Below are positions 36,665 to 47,132 of a DNA stretch of 64,000 bases, one piece after another (position 1 is the stretch's first letter; every line of letters starts with the position of its first letter). The stretch spans positions 53,629,990 through 53,693,989 of the forward strand of contig NC_052162.1 of NCBI RefSeq assembly GCF_902713615.1, written 5' to 3'. Origin of the DNA: Scyliorhinus canicula. Taxonomy: Eukaryota. The position numbers were made by a program, and so were the translations under genes. The notes beneath the pieces were generated by a model, which saw only the letters and a list, made by a program, of their open reading frames with translations, did no database searches and was not told the origin of the DNA.

Positions 36665-37278
36665 TGTCTTCAGGGGGTGAAAGGCCGACATGATATCATG
36701 GAACGTACTCTGTGCCCAGTCAGGTCCACCAGGCTACATGGTGGCCCCAGTTGGTACTCTGGACTCTGCCCCTGCATGTCGTCCCGCCCATCTCCCCATA
36801 CCTGGCCCCACCGTTGCCCGGCACAATGGGAACTTCTGGTCAATGCACCCATCTCTGTTGCTTTGACAATGGTGTGCTCCGCGGCCCCCGGCCAGTGGCC
36901 CCATAGTGGCTACAATAGGCGTTGCCGTTGAGTGGGGCGCATGATGCCCCTCCGGTGGGTGGCGGTCGGGTGCAGGGTATGGTGGAGGGTGTGGTGGGGG
37001 AAGGGGATGGGCCACCCATATAGGCCGTGTCATTTTGCAGGTCGCGGCAATAGCAGTCCAGGACTGGACACCGCCCCAGTCCAGTGGGGGGTCAACTCAG
37101 CCACATGGCCCATTCCTTGTCACTCCCCCACCCCCCTCCACAGCCCTGGCAGGGCCCCTCATCCCAGCCAGCCCGGCCAGTATCCAGCCCGCAGCCCACG
37201 GTTGCGCCTCTCTGTGTCCTACCTCATCAGCCACAACACCAGTTTCACGATTTTTAAAACCACATGTGAACCTGTGAA

Positions 37279-37630
37279 GGGGCAGTAGGGTAGCATAGTG
37301 GTTAGCATAAATGCTTCACAGCTCCAGGGTCCCAGGTTTGATTCCCGGCTGGGTCACTGTCTGTGTGGAGTCTGCACGTCCTCCCCGTGTGTGCGTGGGT
37401 TTCCTCCGGGTGCTCCGGTTTCCTCCCACAGTCCAAAGATGTGCGGGTTAGGTGGATTGGCCATGCTAAATTGCCCGTAGTGTCCTAATAAAAGTAAGGT
37501 TAAGGGGGGGTTGTTGGGTTACAGGTATAGGGTGGATACGTGGGTTTGAGTAGGGTGATCATGGCTCGGCACAACATTGAGGGCCGAAGGGCCTGTTCTG
37601 TGCTGTACTGTTCTATGTTCTATGTTCTAT
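37279..37630 (+). mobile_element. HE1-like V-SINE (tail A)
   Basis: Near-identical to 11804-12143; (GTTCTAT)n tail. Confidence 0.92.
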
Positions 37631-37935
37631 GAACCGCGCCATCGGGAACTCGGGCCATCGGAGATGGAGAATCGCGGAGGTCCCAGAGAATACCAGGTCA
37701 GTCCCGCTAATGATATGCAAATGGTGTTAACTGAACGTGCGTTCCGGACCGGATTGACACCGCTGTCAAGGTGACGGAGAATTGCGATTTAGTGTCAAAT
37801 CGCCACCTGCCACGATTTCGGCATTGGAACCGATTCTCCGCCCAATCGCGTTTCCTGATTTCGGCATTAGCCAATGGAGAATCCTGCCCACAGTATGCCA
37901 AATGGAGAATAGCGGCCCATTTGTGCAGACATGTG

Positions 37936-38455
37936 GGGCGAGATTCTCCGCAAATGCGGAGAATCGTAAAGGCTGCCGTTGGACAGGCCGTGACCCACGT
38001 CAGCCTTCACGCCCACTTCCGGGGCCAATTCTCCCCCCGGGCAGGGCTAGGAGCACGGCCCCGTGCGTCACGGCGGCGCGGCCTTGACGACGGTCATCAA
38101 GGCCGCACGTCAAGCGTCACGCCGGCTGACGCATGCGCAATTGGCGTCTTTCCCTCAGCCACCCCGCAAGATGTGACGGCTTGATCTTGCGGGGCGGCAG
38201 AGGGAAAAGAGTGCGTCCATTACGGACGCACGGCCCGCTATCGGTGTGCACCGATCGTGGGCCTATGCCCCCCTTGGCACGGCCGTGGTACTGCCATGCC
38301 AATCGGGCCCCCAGATGCCCCAAACGGGCATCTGGCACCCGTTTCACGACGGCAGCGAGCAGGTGTGTTTGCTACCGTGTTGAAACAGGCGTGAAGGCCC
38401 GGCCGCTCGGCCCATCGGCCTCGGAGAATCACCACTCGCCGTAAAAAACGCGATT
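37936..38455. mobile_element. GC-rich Harbinger-type MITE, right end lost at the L1 insertion
   Basis: Left TIR GGGCGAGATTCTCC; internal similarity to 53188-53832 (TTGATCTTGCGGGGC..AGGGAAAAGAGTGCGTC). Confidence 0.75.
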
Positions 38456-38608
38456 CGGGACTTCCGGTTGTGGCTATGCGGAGCTAAGGCGCACGTTCGG
38501 CAGCTCCCGCTATTTAGGGACTTTTGGGCCGTTTCGAGGGCCCCAAACGCCGCTGTTTCTACGCATCCCGGTGGGGGAAGGTGCCTGGAAGAACTTGCCC
38601 CACACTAT

Positions 38609-39625
38609 ATGGTGCTCACCCGGAGTGGGAAGAAGAAAAAGGCTGCAGTAACTCCCCAAAAAAACGGGGGAAGAAAAACAAAATGGCGGCCGGCGCTCCC
38701 GCTATTTAGGGACTTTTGGGCCGTTTCGAGGGCCCCAAACGGTGCTGTTTCTACGCATCCCGGTGGGGGAAGGTGCCTGGAAGAACTTGCCCCACACTAT
38801 ATGGTGAAAAAGGCTGCAGTAACTCCCCCAAAAAAACGGAGGAAGAAAAACAAAATGGCGGCCGGTGCAACACCCGAAGACTGGTGGAAGTGGGCGCAGG
38901 AGCAACAGGCCTCGCTCCTACGTTGTTTTGTTGAGCTGAAGGCTGAGCTGCTGGACTCCATGAATGCAACTACGACCAAGGTGCTTGGGACCCAGGCGGC
39001 CCAGGAGGAGTCTATTAGGGAGTTGCAGCTGCAGGCCGTTGAAAGAGAGGAGGAGGCCGTGGTCCTCGTGGGGAAAGTGGAGTTGCACGAGGCACTTCAT
39101 AAAAAGTGGCAGGACCGCTTGGAGGAGCTGGACGTTCGCACGAGGCGAAAGAATCTGTGGATCCTGGGCCTGGCGGAGGGGCTGGATGGGTCGGATCTCC
39201 CGGCGTATGTGACCACGATGTTGAGCTCGTTGATGGGAGCGGGGTCCTTCCATTTGCTCCTGGAGCTTGAGGGAGCGCACAGAGTGATGGCCAGGAGGCC
39301 CAAGGCAGGTGAGCCCCCGAGGGCGGTGCTGGTGTGGTTCCACCGATTCAGTGACCGGGAGTGTGTGCTGCGCTGGGCCAAGAAAGAGAGGAGCAGCAAG
39401 TGGGAGAATTCGGTAGTGAGGATCTACCAGGACTGGAGTGCGGAGGTGGCTAAGCAGCGGGCCGGGTTTAACCGGTCGAAGGCGGTGCTGCATGCCAAGC
39501 AGGTCAGATTTGGAATGCTGCAGCCTGCGCGCCTGTGGGTGACATACAAGGACCGGCACCACTACTTCGAGTCCCCGGAGGAGGCGTGGGCCTTTGTACA
39601 GGCGGAGAAGCTAGACTCGAACTAG
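38609..39625 (+). CDS. L1-type ORF1 protein (coiled coil, RRM, CTD); start codon uncertain
   Basis: In ORF 38468..39625: RRKNLWILGLAEG, LELEGAHRV, PPRAVLVWF, RIYQDWSAEVAKQRAGF, PARLWVT...FESPEEA; first ATG at 38609. Confidence 0.88.
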   Translation: MVLTRSGKKKKAAVTPQKNGGRKTKWRPALPLFRDFWAVSRAPNGAVSTHPGGGRCLEELAPHYMVKKAAVTPPKKRRKKNKMAAGATPEDWWKWAQEQQASLLRCFVELKAELLDSMNATTTKVLGTQAAQEESIRELQLQAVEREEEAVVLVGKVELHEALHKKWQDRLEELDVRTRRKNLWILGLAEGLDGSDLPAYVTTMLSSLMGAGSFHLLLELEGAHRVMARRPKAGEPPRAVLVWFHRFSDRECVLRWAKKERSSKWENSVVRIYQDWSAEVAKQRAGFNRSKAVLHAKQVRFGMLQPARLWVTYKDRHHYFESPEEAWAFVQAEKLDSN

Positions 39626-40279
39626 GGCCTGGGGACATACTTTGGCCGGCGTTGTTTCCGCTGTGGCTGTTTCGTTCCAACTGTTTCAACTTTTTTAACT
39701 TCGACATGTGTGTTATGTATGATGGTTTTCTGTTTGCTCTGGTTACAGGTGGGTTTGTTTGTTGGGCATGATTGTGGGTTAGGTGGGGACTGTTGGGGGT
39801 TTGTTTTCTATATGTTCTCTTCTGTACGGGGCTGGGGATTGAGGGGAAACTGGATTTTGGGGAGCTGCGTCAGAAGGGTGGGGTGTGGCAGTGTGAAAGC
39901 GCGGGCTTTCCTCTGGTTTCCCGCGTTGCGGGGCGGGGGGTGGAGCTTGCGGTGGGGGCGGGGCCTCGATGGGTCTTCTTTCACGCGCTGCAGCAATGCC
40001 AAGGAGGTGTGGCAAGAGGGGGATGACCCCATGCCGGGAGGGGATAGGTTTTGGCGGGAGCTGCCGGGGTCAGCAGAAGTCAGCTGACTCACGGAAGTAC
40101 CATGGAGGGTGCGTCGCGGCTAGGAGGGGTCCTAGCCTTGGAGGGGGGGGGGTACCGGGTTGCTGCTGGAACGACTAGGAAGGAGCCGATAGGGGCTGGG
40201 GGAGAAGAGGAGAGGCGCTATCGCCATGGGGAACGGGTCAAGCGGGGTGTGCTGGCCTGGGGCGAACATCTGCCAAGCT

Positions 40280-42193
40280 ATGGCTAGTCGGCGGGCGAGG
40301 GGGGCGGGTTGCCCTCTGATCTGGCTGATTACCTGGAACGTGAGGGGGCTGAACGGGCCGGTTAAGAGAACCAGGGTGTTCTCCCATCTAAGGGGGTTGA
40401 AGGCGGACGTGGCTATGCTCCAGGAGACCCACCTGAAGGTGGCGGACCAGGTCCGTCTGAGGAAGGGGTGGGTGGGGCAGGTTTATCATTCAGGATTGGA
40501 CGCGAAGAACCGGGGGGTGGCGATTCTAGTGGGGAAGGGGGTGGCGTTTGAGGTGGCTGAGGTGGTGTCAGACAAGGAGGGCAGATATATCATGGTGAGG
40601 GGTAGGCTGCAGGGAGAGAAGGTGGTGCTGGTGAACGTATATGCCCCGAATTGGGATGATGCTGGCTTCATGAGGCGATTGTTGGGCCGCATCCCGGACC
40701 TGGAGGCAGGGGGCCTGATCATGGGGGGAGACTTTAACACAGTGCTGGATCCCACACTGGACCGGTCCAGTTCAAGGACGGGTAGGAGACCGGCGGCGGC
40801 CAAGGTGCTGAGGGGATACATGGACCAGATGGGAGGGGTGGATCCCTGGAGGTTTGGGAGACCGAGAGCGCAGGAGTATTCCTTTTTCTCTCATGTCCAT
40901 AGGATTTATTCCCGGATAGACTTTTTTGTCCTGAGCAGGGGATTGATTCCGATGGTGCAGGATGCCGAGTACTCGGCCATAGCGATTTCGGACCATGCCC
41001 CGCACTGGGTTGATCTGGAGATGGGAGAGGCGCGGGACCAGCGCCCGCTTTGGCGCCTGGATGTGGGGATGCTGGCGGAGGAGGAGGTGTGTAAGAGGGT
41101 TCAGAGAAGTATTGAGGGGTATCCGGATACCAATGATACGGGGGAGGTCCAGGTGGGGATGGTCTGGGAGGCTCTGAAAGCAGTGATCCGGGGGGAGCTG
41201 ATCTCCATCCGGGCCCACAGGGAAAGGAGGGAGAGGAAGGAGAGGGAGAGACTGGTGGGAGAGCTTCTGGAAGTGGACAGGAGATATGCGGAGGCACCAG
41301 AGGAAGGGTTGTTGGGAGAACGGCGCAGGTTGCAGGCCAATTTTGACTTGTTGACCACCAGAAAGGTGGAGACACAGTGGAGGAGGTCGCAGGGCGCGGT
41401 ATATGAGTATGGAGAGAAGGCGAGCAGGATGTTGGCGCATCAGCTCCGTAGGCGAGATGCGGCTAGGGAAATTGGGGGAGTGAAGGATGGGGGTGGAAAT
41501 GTAGTGCAGAAGGGGACAGAAGTAAACGGGGTCTTTAGGGACTTATACGAGGGATTGTACCGGTCGGAACCTCCGAGGGGGAGAGAGGGGATGGAGAGCT
41601 TCATGAACAGGCTATGTTTCCCAAGGGTTCAAGAGAGGGTGGTAGAGGGGCTGGGGGTGCCGATAGAGTTGGAGGAGCTAGTCAGGGGGATCGGGCAAAT
41701 GCAGTCAGGTAAGGCCCCGGGGCCGGACGGGTTCCCGGCAGAATTTTACAAAAAATATGCGGACCTGGTGGGTCCCCTGCTGGTGCGAACTTTCAATGAG
41801 GCGTGGGAGGGGGGGGCTTTGCCCTCGCCGATGTCGCGGGCACTGATCTCTTTGATCCTAAAACGGGATATGGACCCCTTGCAGTGCGGATCATATAGGC
41901 CTATCTCGCTCCTTAACGTAGACGCTAAGTTGCTAGCGAAGATCCTGGCTACCAGGATAGAGGATTGTGTGCCAGAGGTAATTCATGAAGATCAGACAGG
42001 ATTTGTCAAGGGGCGGCAGCTCAACACGAATGTGCGGAGACTGCTCAATGTTATCATGATGCCGGCAGTGGAGGGGGAGGCGGAGATAGTGGTGGCGCTG
42101 GACGCAGAGAAATCGTTTGATAGAGTTGATGGGGGTACCTGTGGGAGGTGCTGGAGAGGTTTGGATTTGGGGAGGGATTCATCAAATGGGTGA
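40280..42193 (+). CDS. L1-type ORF2: APE endonuclease and N-terminal RT; frameshift near 42130, truncated
   Basis: ITWNVRGLN, LQETH, NVYAPN, GGDFN, SRIDFF, ISDH, GKAPGPDGF, YRPISLLNVDAK, LDAEKSFDRV. Confidence 0.92.
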   Translation: MASRRARGAGCPLIWLITWNVRGLNGPVKRTRVFSHLRGLKADVAMLQETHLKVADQVRLRKGWVGQVYHSGLDAKNRGVAILVGKGVAFEVAEVVSDKEGRYIMVRGRLQGEKVVLVNVYAPNWDDAGFMRRLLGRIPDLEAGGLIMGGDFNTVLDPTLDRSSSRTGRRPAAAKVLRGYMDQMGGVDPWRFGRPRAQEYSFFSHVHRIYSRIDFFVLSRGLIPMVQDAEYSAIAISDHAPHWVDLEMGEARDQRPLWRLDVGMLAEEEVCKRVQRSIEGYPDTNDTGEVQVGMVWEALKAVIRGELISIRAHRERRERKERERLVGELLEVDRRYAEAPEEGLLGERRRLQANFDLLTTRKVETQWRRSQGAVYEYGEKASRMLAHQLRRRDAAREIGGVKDGGGNVVQKGTEVNGVFRDLYEGLYRSEPPRGREGMESFMNRLCFPRVQERVVEGLGVPIELEELVRGIGQMQSGKAPGPDGFPAEFYKKYADLVGPLLVRTFNEAWEGGALPSPMSRALISLILKRDMDPLQCGSYRPISLLNVDAKLLAKILATRIEDCVPEVIHEDQTGFVKGRQLNTNVRRLLNVIMMPAVEGEAEIVVALDAEKSFDRVDGGTCGRCWRGLDLGRDSSNG

Positions 42194-42298
42194 GGCTGCT
42201 TTACGCGGCGCCGATGGCGAGTGTAGTCACAAATGGAAGGAGATCGGAGTATTTTAGGCTCTATCGTGGGACCAGGCAGGGGTGTCCCCTGTCCCCCC

Positions 42299-42770
42299 CT
42301 GTGGGGGAGGACAGGAAAAGGGGTTTGGAAGAACCACTAGAACTGGGAGAGATCATGGAGAGTATTAGCTCCATGCAGGCAGGGATGGCACCGGGACTGG
42401 ACGGGTCCCCGGCGGACTTCTACAAAACATCTGCGACAGCGCTGGCCCCGCACCTGCGGGAGATGTTCACAGACTCACACTGGCTGGGGGAACACTGCCA
42501 CCTACGGTAGCACAGGCCTCAATCTCGCTAATACCTAAGAAAGACAAAGATCCAACAGAATGCGGGTCATACAGACCCATCTCACAACTAAAAGTAGATG
42601 CCAAAATACTGGCTAACATCCTAGCCAAAAGGCTAGAGGACTGCGTTCCAGGGGTGGTTGTAGAGGACCAGACGGGCTTTGTCAAAGGTAGATAGCTAAC
42701 ATTGAACATTAGGCATCTGCTGAACGTGATAATGACCCCATCCGGCGAGAGAACACCAGAGGTGATCGTT
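42299..42770 (+). mobile_element. Fragment of a second, different L1 subfamily (pre-RT region)
   Basis: LEEPLELGEIMESISSMQAGMAPGLDGSPADFYK...YRPISQLKVDAK...EDQTGFVKG repeats the region already encoded at ~41630-42090, with different nucleotides. Confidence 0.82.
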
Positions 42771-42792
42771 AGCACCCAATAAGGTTAGTGAA

Positions 42793-43660
42793 AATGGCAA
42801 TGATCAGAAAGCTAGAACCATCCTAGGTGGCCGAAGACTGGAGCCAGTGCGATGAAAAGCTCCGCTATTTCTTCACAGCGAATTAAATAGCGAGGAAGAC
42901 AAGCAGAAAATGATACCTTTGACGGTTTGTGGGTATCAAACCTACAACCTGAGAAGAAATCTTACATCCCTGGAACCTCCCGGCTTAAAGAACTTCGGCC
43001 AGTTAGTTTCATTGGTTAAGGAACATTTTAACCTCAGGTCTTCGATCATCCTGCATTGGTACAAATTCAACTCTGCTGTTCGCGTCCCAGAAGAGGCCAT
43101 CTCTGCCTTTGTAGCCAGGCTCCACCAAATGGCCGAGCATTGCGAGTTAGGTGCAGCACTCATTGATAGGCTGCATGACCGTCTAGTGTGAGGAATTAAC
43201 AACCTCAGGATCCCAAACAAACTCCTGGCTGAAACTAAAATCACATTAGACAAAGTGATCGAGACAGCTCATGAGATGGAATGAGCCAAAAAAGGCACAT
43301 CTGAGCTCCAAAACATGGCAGACAGGGAAGTGAATCACTTGTGGGGCAGTATGGCCACGAGGCGCGTGACAAAATAACAGACACAGTAGAGAATCAGACA
43401 CGGTCCTCGGGACCAGATTGAAGTCAGAGAACCAGGATAAGAATGGGTTGTCAGCCCAATACAGAGGGGGATTGAATTCATATAGGGTGGATATCACTCG
43501 CAGGAAGCTTGCCATTGTCGCCAGTTTTTCAGTTTACATTGCAACAGAGGAGGCCGTATCCAGGCCTGTTTCCGCGTGAGGCTGTGAGCCAATTCATAAA
43601 AACAGCAGCAATCCACAACACCACTGAAGCAAGTGAAGAGCTCTGAGGAGGAACAGGAAA
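42793..43660 (+). mobile_element. Degraded Gypsy gag fragment
   Basis: EDWSQC.EKLRYFFTAN; LTVCGYQTYNL; HFN..SSIILHWYKFN; AFVARLHQMAEHCELG..L.DRL.DRLV.GIN. Confidence 0.78.
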
Positions 43661-44221
43661 TATGGAATCATAGAATCCCTACAGGGCAGAAGGAGACCAT
43701 TCAGCCCATCGAGTCTGCACCATCCCCTATCTAGGCCCACTCCCCGCCCTGTCCCCGTAACCCCCAGTAACTTATGAGCCTTTCAAATACAAAAGATACC
43801 AAAACATTCCAATTTTTGGCCTTTTTTCTGAGCAGCGTTCAATGACTTCACAAAGCCATTGTTAAATTCACCACACATGGCAACTGGAATTTGCACATCA
43901 GAAGCTTACAAACAAAAATTAGAAATCTGGGTCTCAAGTTAGGTCAGGAACCCAAGTCTTCCAATAAAAAGCCATTATAGGCCAATAAAATGGAAGCATT
44001 AATGTTACATTTACACTCCAAGATACTTTATTCAATTCTCATTCTTTTTTTTAAACAGACCTATTTTCCAATTTCACTGCCTTTTCCCATAAGTTGGCTA
44101 GTAGCCCAGTTCTACTCTCAAATTTCTGTTTGTCACGAAGTGACAAGTTAAAATGAAATGTCAGGAATGTGCTACTGCAGGTGGCGCTGTTGTATCAGGG
44201 ACAATGACTTGGAAAAATCAC

Positions 44222-45040
44222 TACGGATTCAACGGCCTTTTTGCGCCCGACTTGGTCTCGGGACTAGGCCATTGAATCTCGTGAAGGGCCTCTCGCGAGA
44301 TTCACGACGCTTGAAGCGTCTTGTGAGATTCAACCGAATCTTGCGAGGTGCCTCAATCTGAATCTCACTGGGCAAGATCAGCAAATTTAAATCAGCCAGA
44401 TGATTCACTTAAATAAACGTTCGCCAGATTAACTTGGCGCCCGGACTTCAAAGGCCACGCCTGGGAGAACTCATCGAGGCGCTGGTTAGTACAGGTCCCC
44501 ACAAACGTGGACCGGCCGTAACGGCACCTGGGGGGATTTCCCAGGCCATTGGAGACTCCCAGGAGGCCAGGGACAGTGTAGGGTGGCACCCTGACTCTTC
44601 CCTGACAGCTGGGCCCTTTGGCACTGCCAAATTGGCACCCTGGTGGTGCCACCTGGGTGTCAGATTGACAGTGTCATAGTGCCCGGGTTCAAGGTTCCAG
44701 GTTGGCACTACCAGGGCTCAGTCCCTGGGGGGGCGGGGGGGCATGCCAAGTAGAGGGGGAGGTGAGGGGGTTCCCAGGGGCCTCCCCAATGGTGGGGGGG
44801 GGGCACGGAGGGGGTCAAAAACAGAGGGTAGCTGAAAGGGGTAGGAGAGAATATTCGGGGCAGTTCGATAAAATGGCGCCCTGATCTGCGCAGAGCAGCC
44901 CGCCAGCAGAAAATCCCTCTCAGTGCGTCCTCGATGGTGAGAACCCCATCGAGGCCAAAAAAACAGCAAAGTGCCGTTGAATAGTAGGATCCGAGAAACA
45001 CCCCATTAAACGCACTGTTCAGCGGAGTTTATCTTGAATC
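44222..45040. mobile_element. Non-autonomous DNA element related to the left end of 51338-54790
   Basis: Shares TTGAATCT(C/T)GT..GGCCTC..GATTCACGACGCT..ATTCAAC and ACAGGTCCCCACAAACGTGGACC-type segments with 51338-52260; degenerate GGATTCAA / TTGAATCA ends. Confidence 0.55.
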
Positions 45041-45149
45041 ATCTGTATCGCATCTTACATCTAAATTAATCAACACCCCGCTACTCAATGGCACTTGCCT
45101 TGGGGAGATTCTCTCCGCTGACGCCGTATGATCAGTAAGATCGCAGGTG

Positions 45150-46053
45150 GCACAAAAATTGGTGGTGTGGTAAATAGTGATTAGGAAAGCCTTTGATTAC
45201 AGAGCGATATAGACAACCTGGTTAGATGAGCAGAATAGGGGCAAATGGAATTTAACCCTGAAAAGTGTGAAGTAATACATTTTGGGTGATTAACAAAGCA
45301 AGGGAATATACAATGAATGGTGGGACCCTTGAAATGACAAAGGATCAGAAGGACCTTGGTGCCCATGTCCATGCATCAGTGAAGACAGCAGGATAGGTAG
45401 ATAAGGTGGTTAAGGAGGCATATGTGATACTTGCCTTTTTTGCTAAGGCATAGAATATAAGAGTAAGGGGGATATGATGGAGTTGTATAAAATGTTGGTT
45501 GGACAACAACTTAAATACTGCATGCAGTTCTGGTCGCCACACTGTAAGAAGGAAGTGATTGCACTGGAGAGGGTGCAGAGGAGATTCACCAGGATGTTGC
45601 AGAGTTTCAGCTATCAAGAGAGACTGGATGGGATGGGGTTGTTTTCCTTGGAGCAGGGAAGACTGAGGGGGGGACCTGATTGAGCTGTATAAAATTGGGA
45701 GGGGCATTGATAAGGGTGGATTGGGAGGAGCTTTTTCCCTTAGCGGAGAGATCAATAACCAGGGGGCATGGATTTTAGGTGAGGGGCAGGAGGTTCAGAG
45801 GGGATTTGAGAAAAATCTTTTCCGCCCAGAGGATGGTGGAGATCTGGAACTCACTCCCTGAAATAGTGATGGAGGCGGGAACCCTCACAACATTTCAGAA
45901 ATATTTAGATGAGCATTTGAAACACCATAGCACACAAAGCTACAGGTTGAATGCTTGCAAATGGGATTAGAATGGATAGGTGCTTGATGGCCACAGTGGA
46001 CACGATGAGCCGAAGGACCTCTTTCCGTGTTGTAAACCTCTATCACTCCATGA
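45150..46053 (+). mobile_element. CR1-clade LINE 3' fragment
   Basis: YCMQFWSPHCKKEVIALERVQRRFTRML, FSLEQGRLRG, FSAQRMVEIWNSLP. Confidence 0.9.
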
Positions 46054-46961
46054 TGGCTGGAAGATGAAGTTTGTTGCAGACATTTAAGGCTGGTAATTCA
46101 CAGTTAAACAACCTGTTACGACATGATTTATAGACCTGACATGAGACACAACACTGGAAACCAGAAGGTGAACAATAAAACTTTGCAGTCTCAGTCCTGC
46201 AAGCAGAAGATTATTTGCAGAGGGTTTTCTTTTTACTTTTCAATTTTTAAATGCTTTTCTTTCTTTTCCTTGCTGTTTCTTTTTTTCCCTTTTCCAATCC
46301 ACATATTCCTTTTCTCTCAGTATTTCTCTTTCTGTGTCTAAGTGGACACCAATTCATTCTATTTTCTTCCTTGTCAGTTCTGTTTCTTCCTCTATGCTTT
46401 AATATAATTGGTTGAAGAGATAGACTAATGTTCGGGGATCCCAGACATCCTGGTGACCTTGTGTTCCCTGCAACGTTTGGCAAAAGTAATGCTATCTGAG
46501 GATGCGGATTAAAAATCCAACACTCGATGCTTGCCATGAGATGCCCCACCCCAGCAGAGCTGGATCAAGAAATGCTCCGTCCTTGAATATCAGGCTAGAT
46601 ATTCCTGTTGCCAAAAACAAGAGGTAAATTCTTAGAGCATATGTCTAACATTCCCTTGTGAACAATTTAAAAAGATGAATTGGTCTATTTATTTTAAACT
46701 GATAATGTTAGCTTGACCCAGATTTTCCATCAATGTTGAGATTAACAATTTAAGTCCCAAATCTTTGCCATCTATAACACCAATCTCACCATTATTAAAT
46801 TTCTCCAAATATTTCTGGCCTCCTAATTAACATTCAGTGCAGTTAATCTAAAAGCTGAAGAAACCCTACATTCACCATCCGGAGTTGCAGGGAGATTTAA
46901 CAGAATGGAAATGTAATCTAAATATGTTTTTGTACTTAAATTGTCAGGCTTGTTTGCAAAT

Positions 46962-47132
46962 GGGTGGCATTGTAGCACAGTGGTTAGCACTGTTGTTTCA
47001 CAGCGCCAGGGTCCCAGGTTCGATTCCTGGCTTGGTCACTGTCTGTGCGGAGTCTGCACTTTCTCCCCATGTCTGCGTGGGTTTCCTCCTGGTGCTCCAG
47101 TTTCCTCTCACAAGTCCCAAAAGACGTGCTGC
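46962..47132 (+). mobile_element. V-SINE 5' part, abutting a MITE right-end fragment (47133-47385)
   Basis: Head and V-domain to CACAAGTCCCAAAAGACGTGCTG, then GC-rich sequence ending GGAGAGTTCCGTCC. Confidence 0.75.

Larger units (their letters stand above)
32529..37889 (-). mobile_element. PIF/Harbinger transposon with long (~230 bp) imperfect TIRs, TSD ACA, and multiple nested insertions
   Basis: GGGTGCAATTCTTCGTTGG... / ...CCAATGGAGAATCCTGCCC; ACA at 32526-32528 and 37890-37892; both ends share ATTGGGCGGAGAATCGGTT and TTTGCATATCATTAGCGGG. Confidence 0.85.
38457..42298 (+). mobile_element. Young-looking L1/Tx1-like LINE: 5' end, ORF1, spacer, ORF2 truncated within RT
   Basis: 5' GGGACTTCCGGTTG; long open ORF1 and ORF2; breaks after RGTRQGCPLSP. 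Confidence 0.93.
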
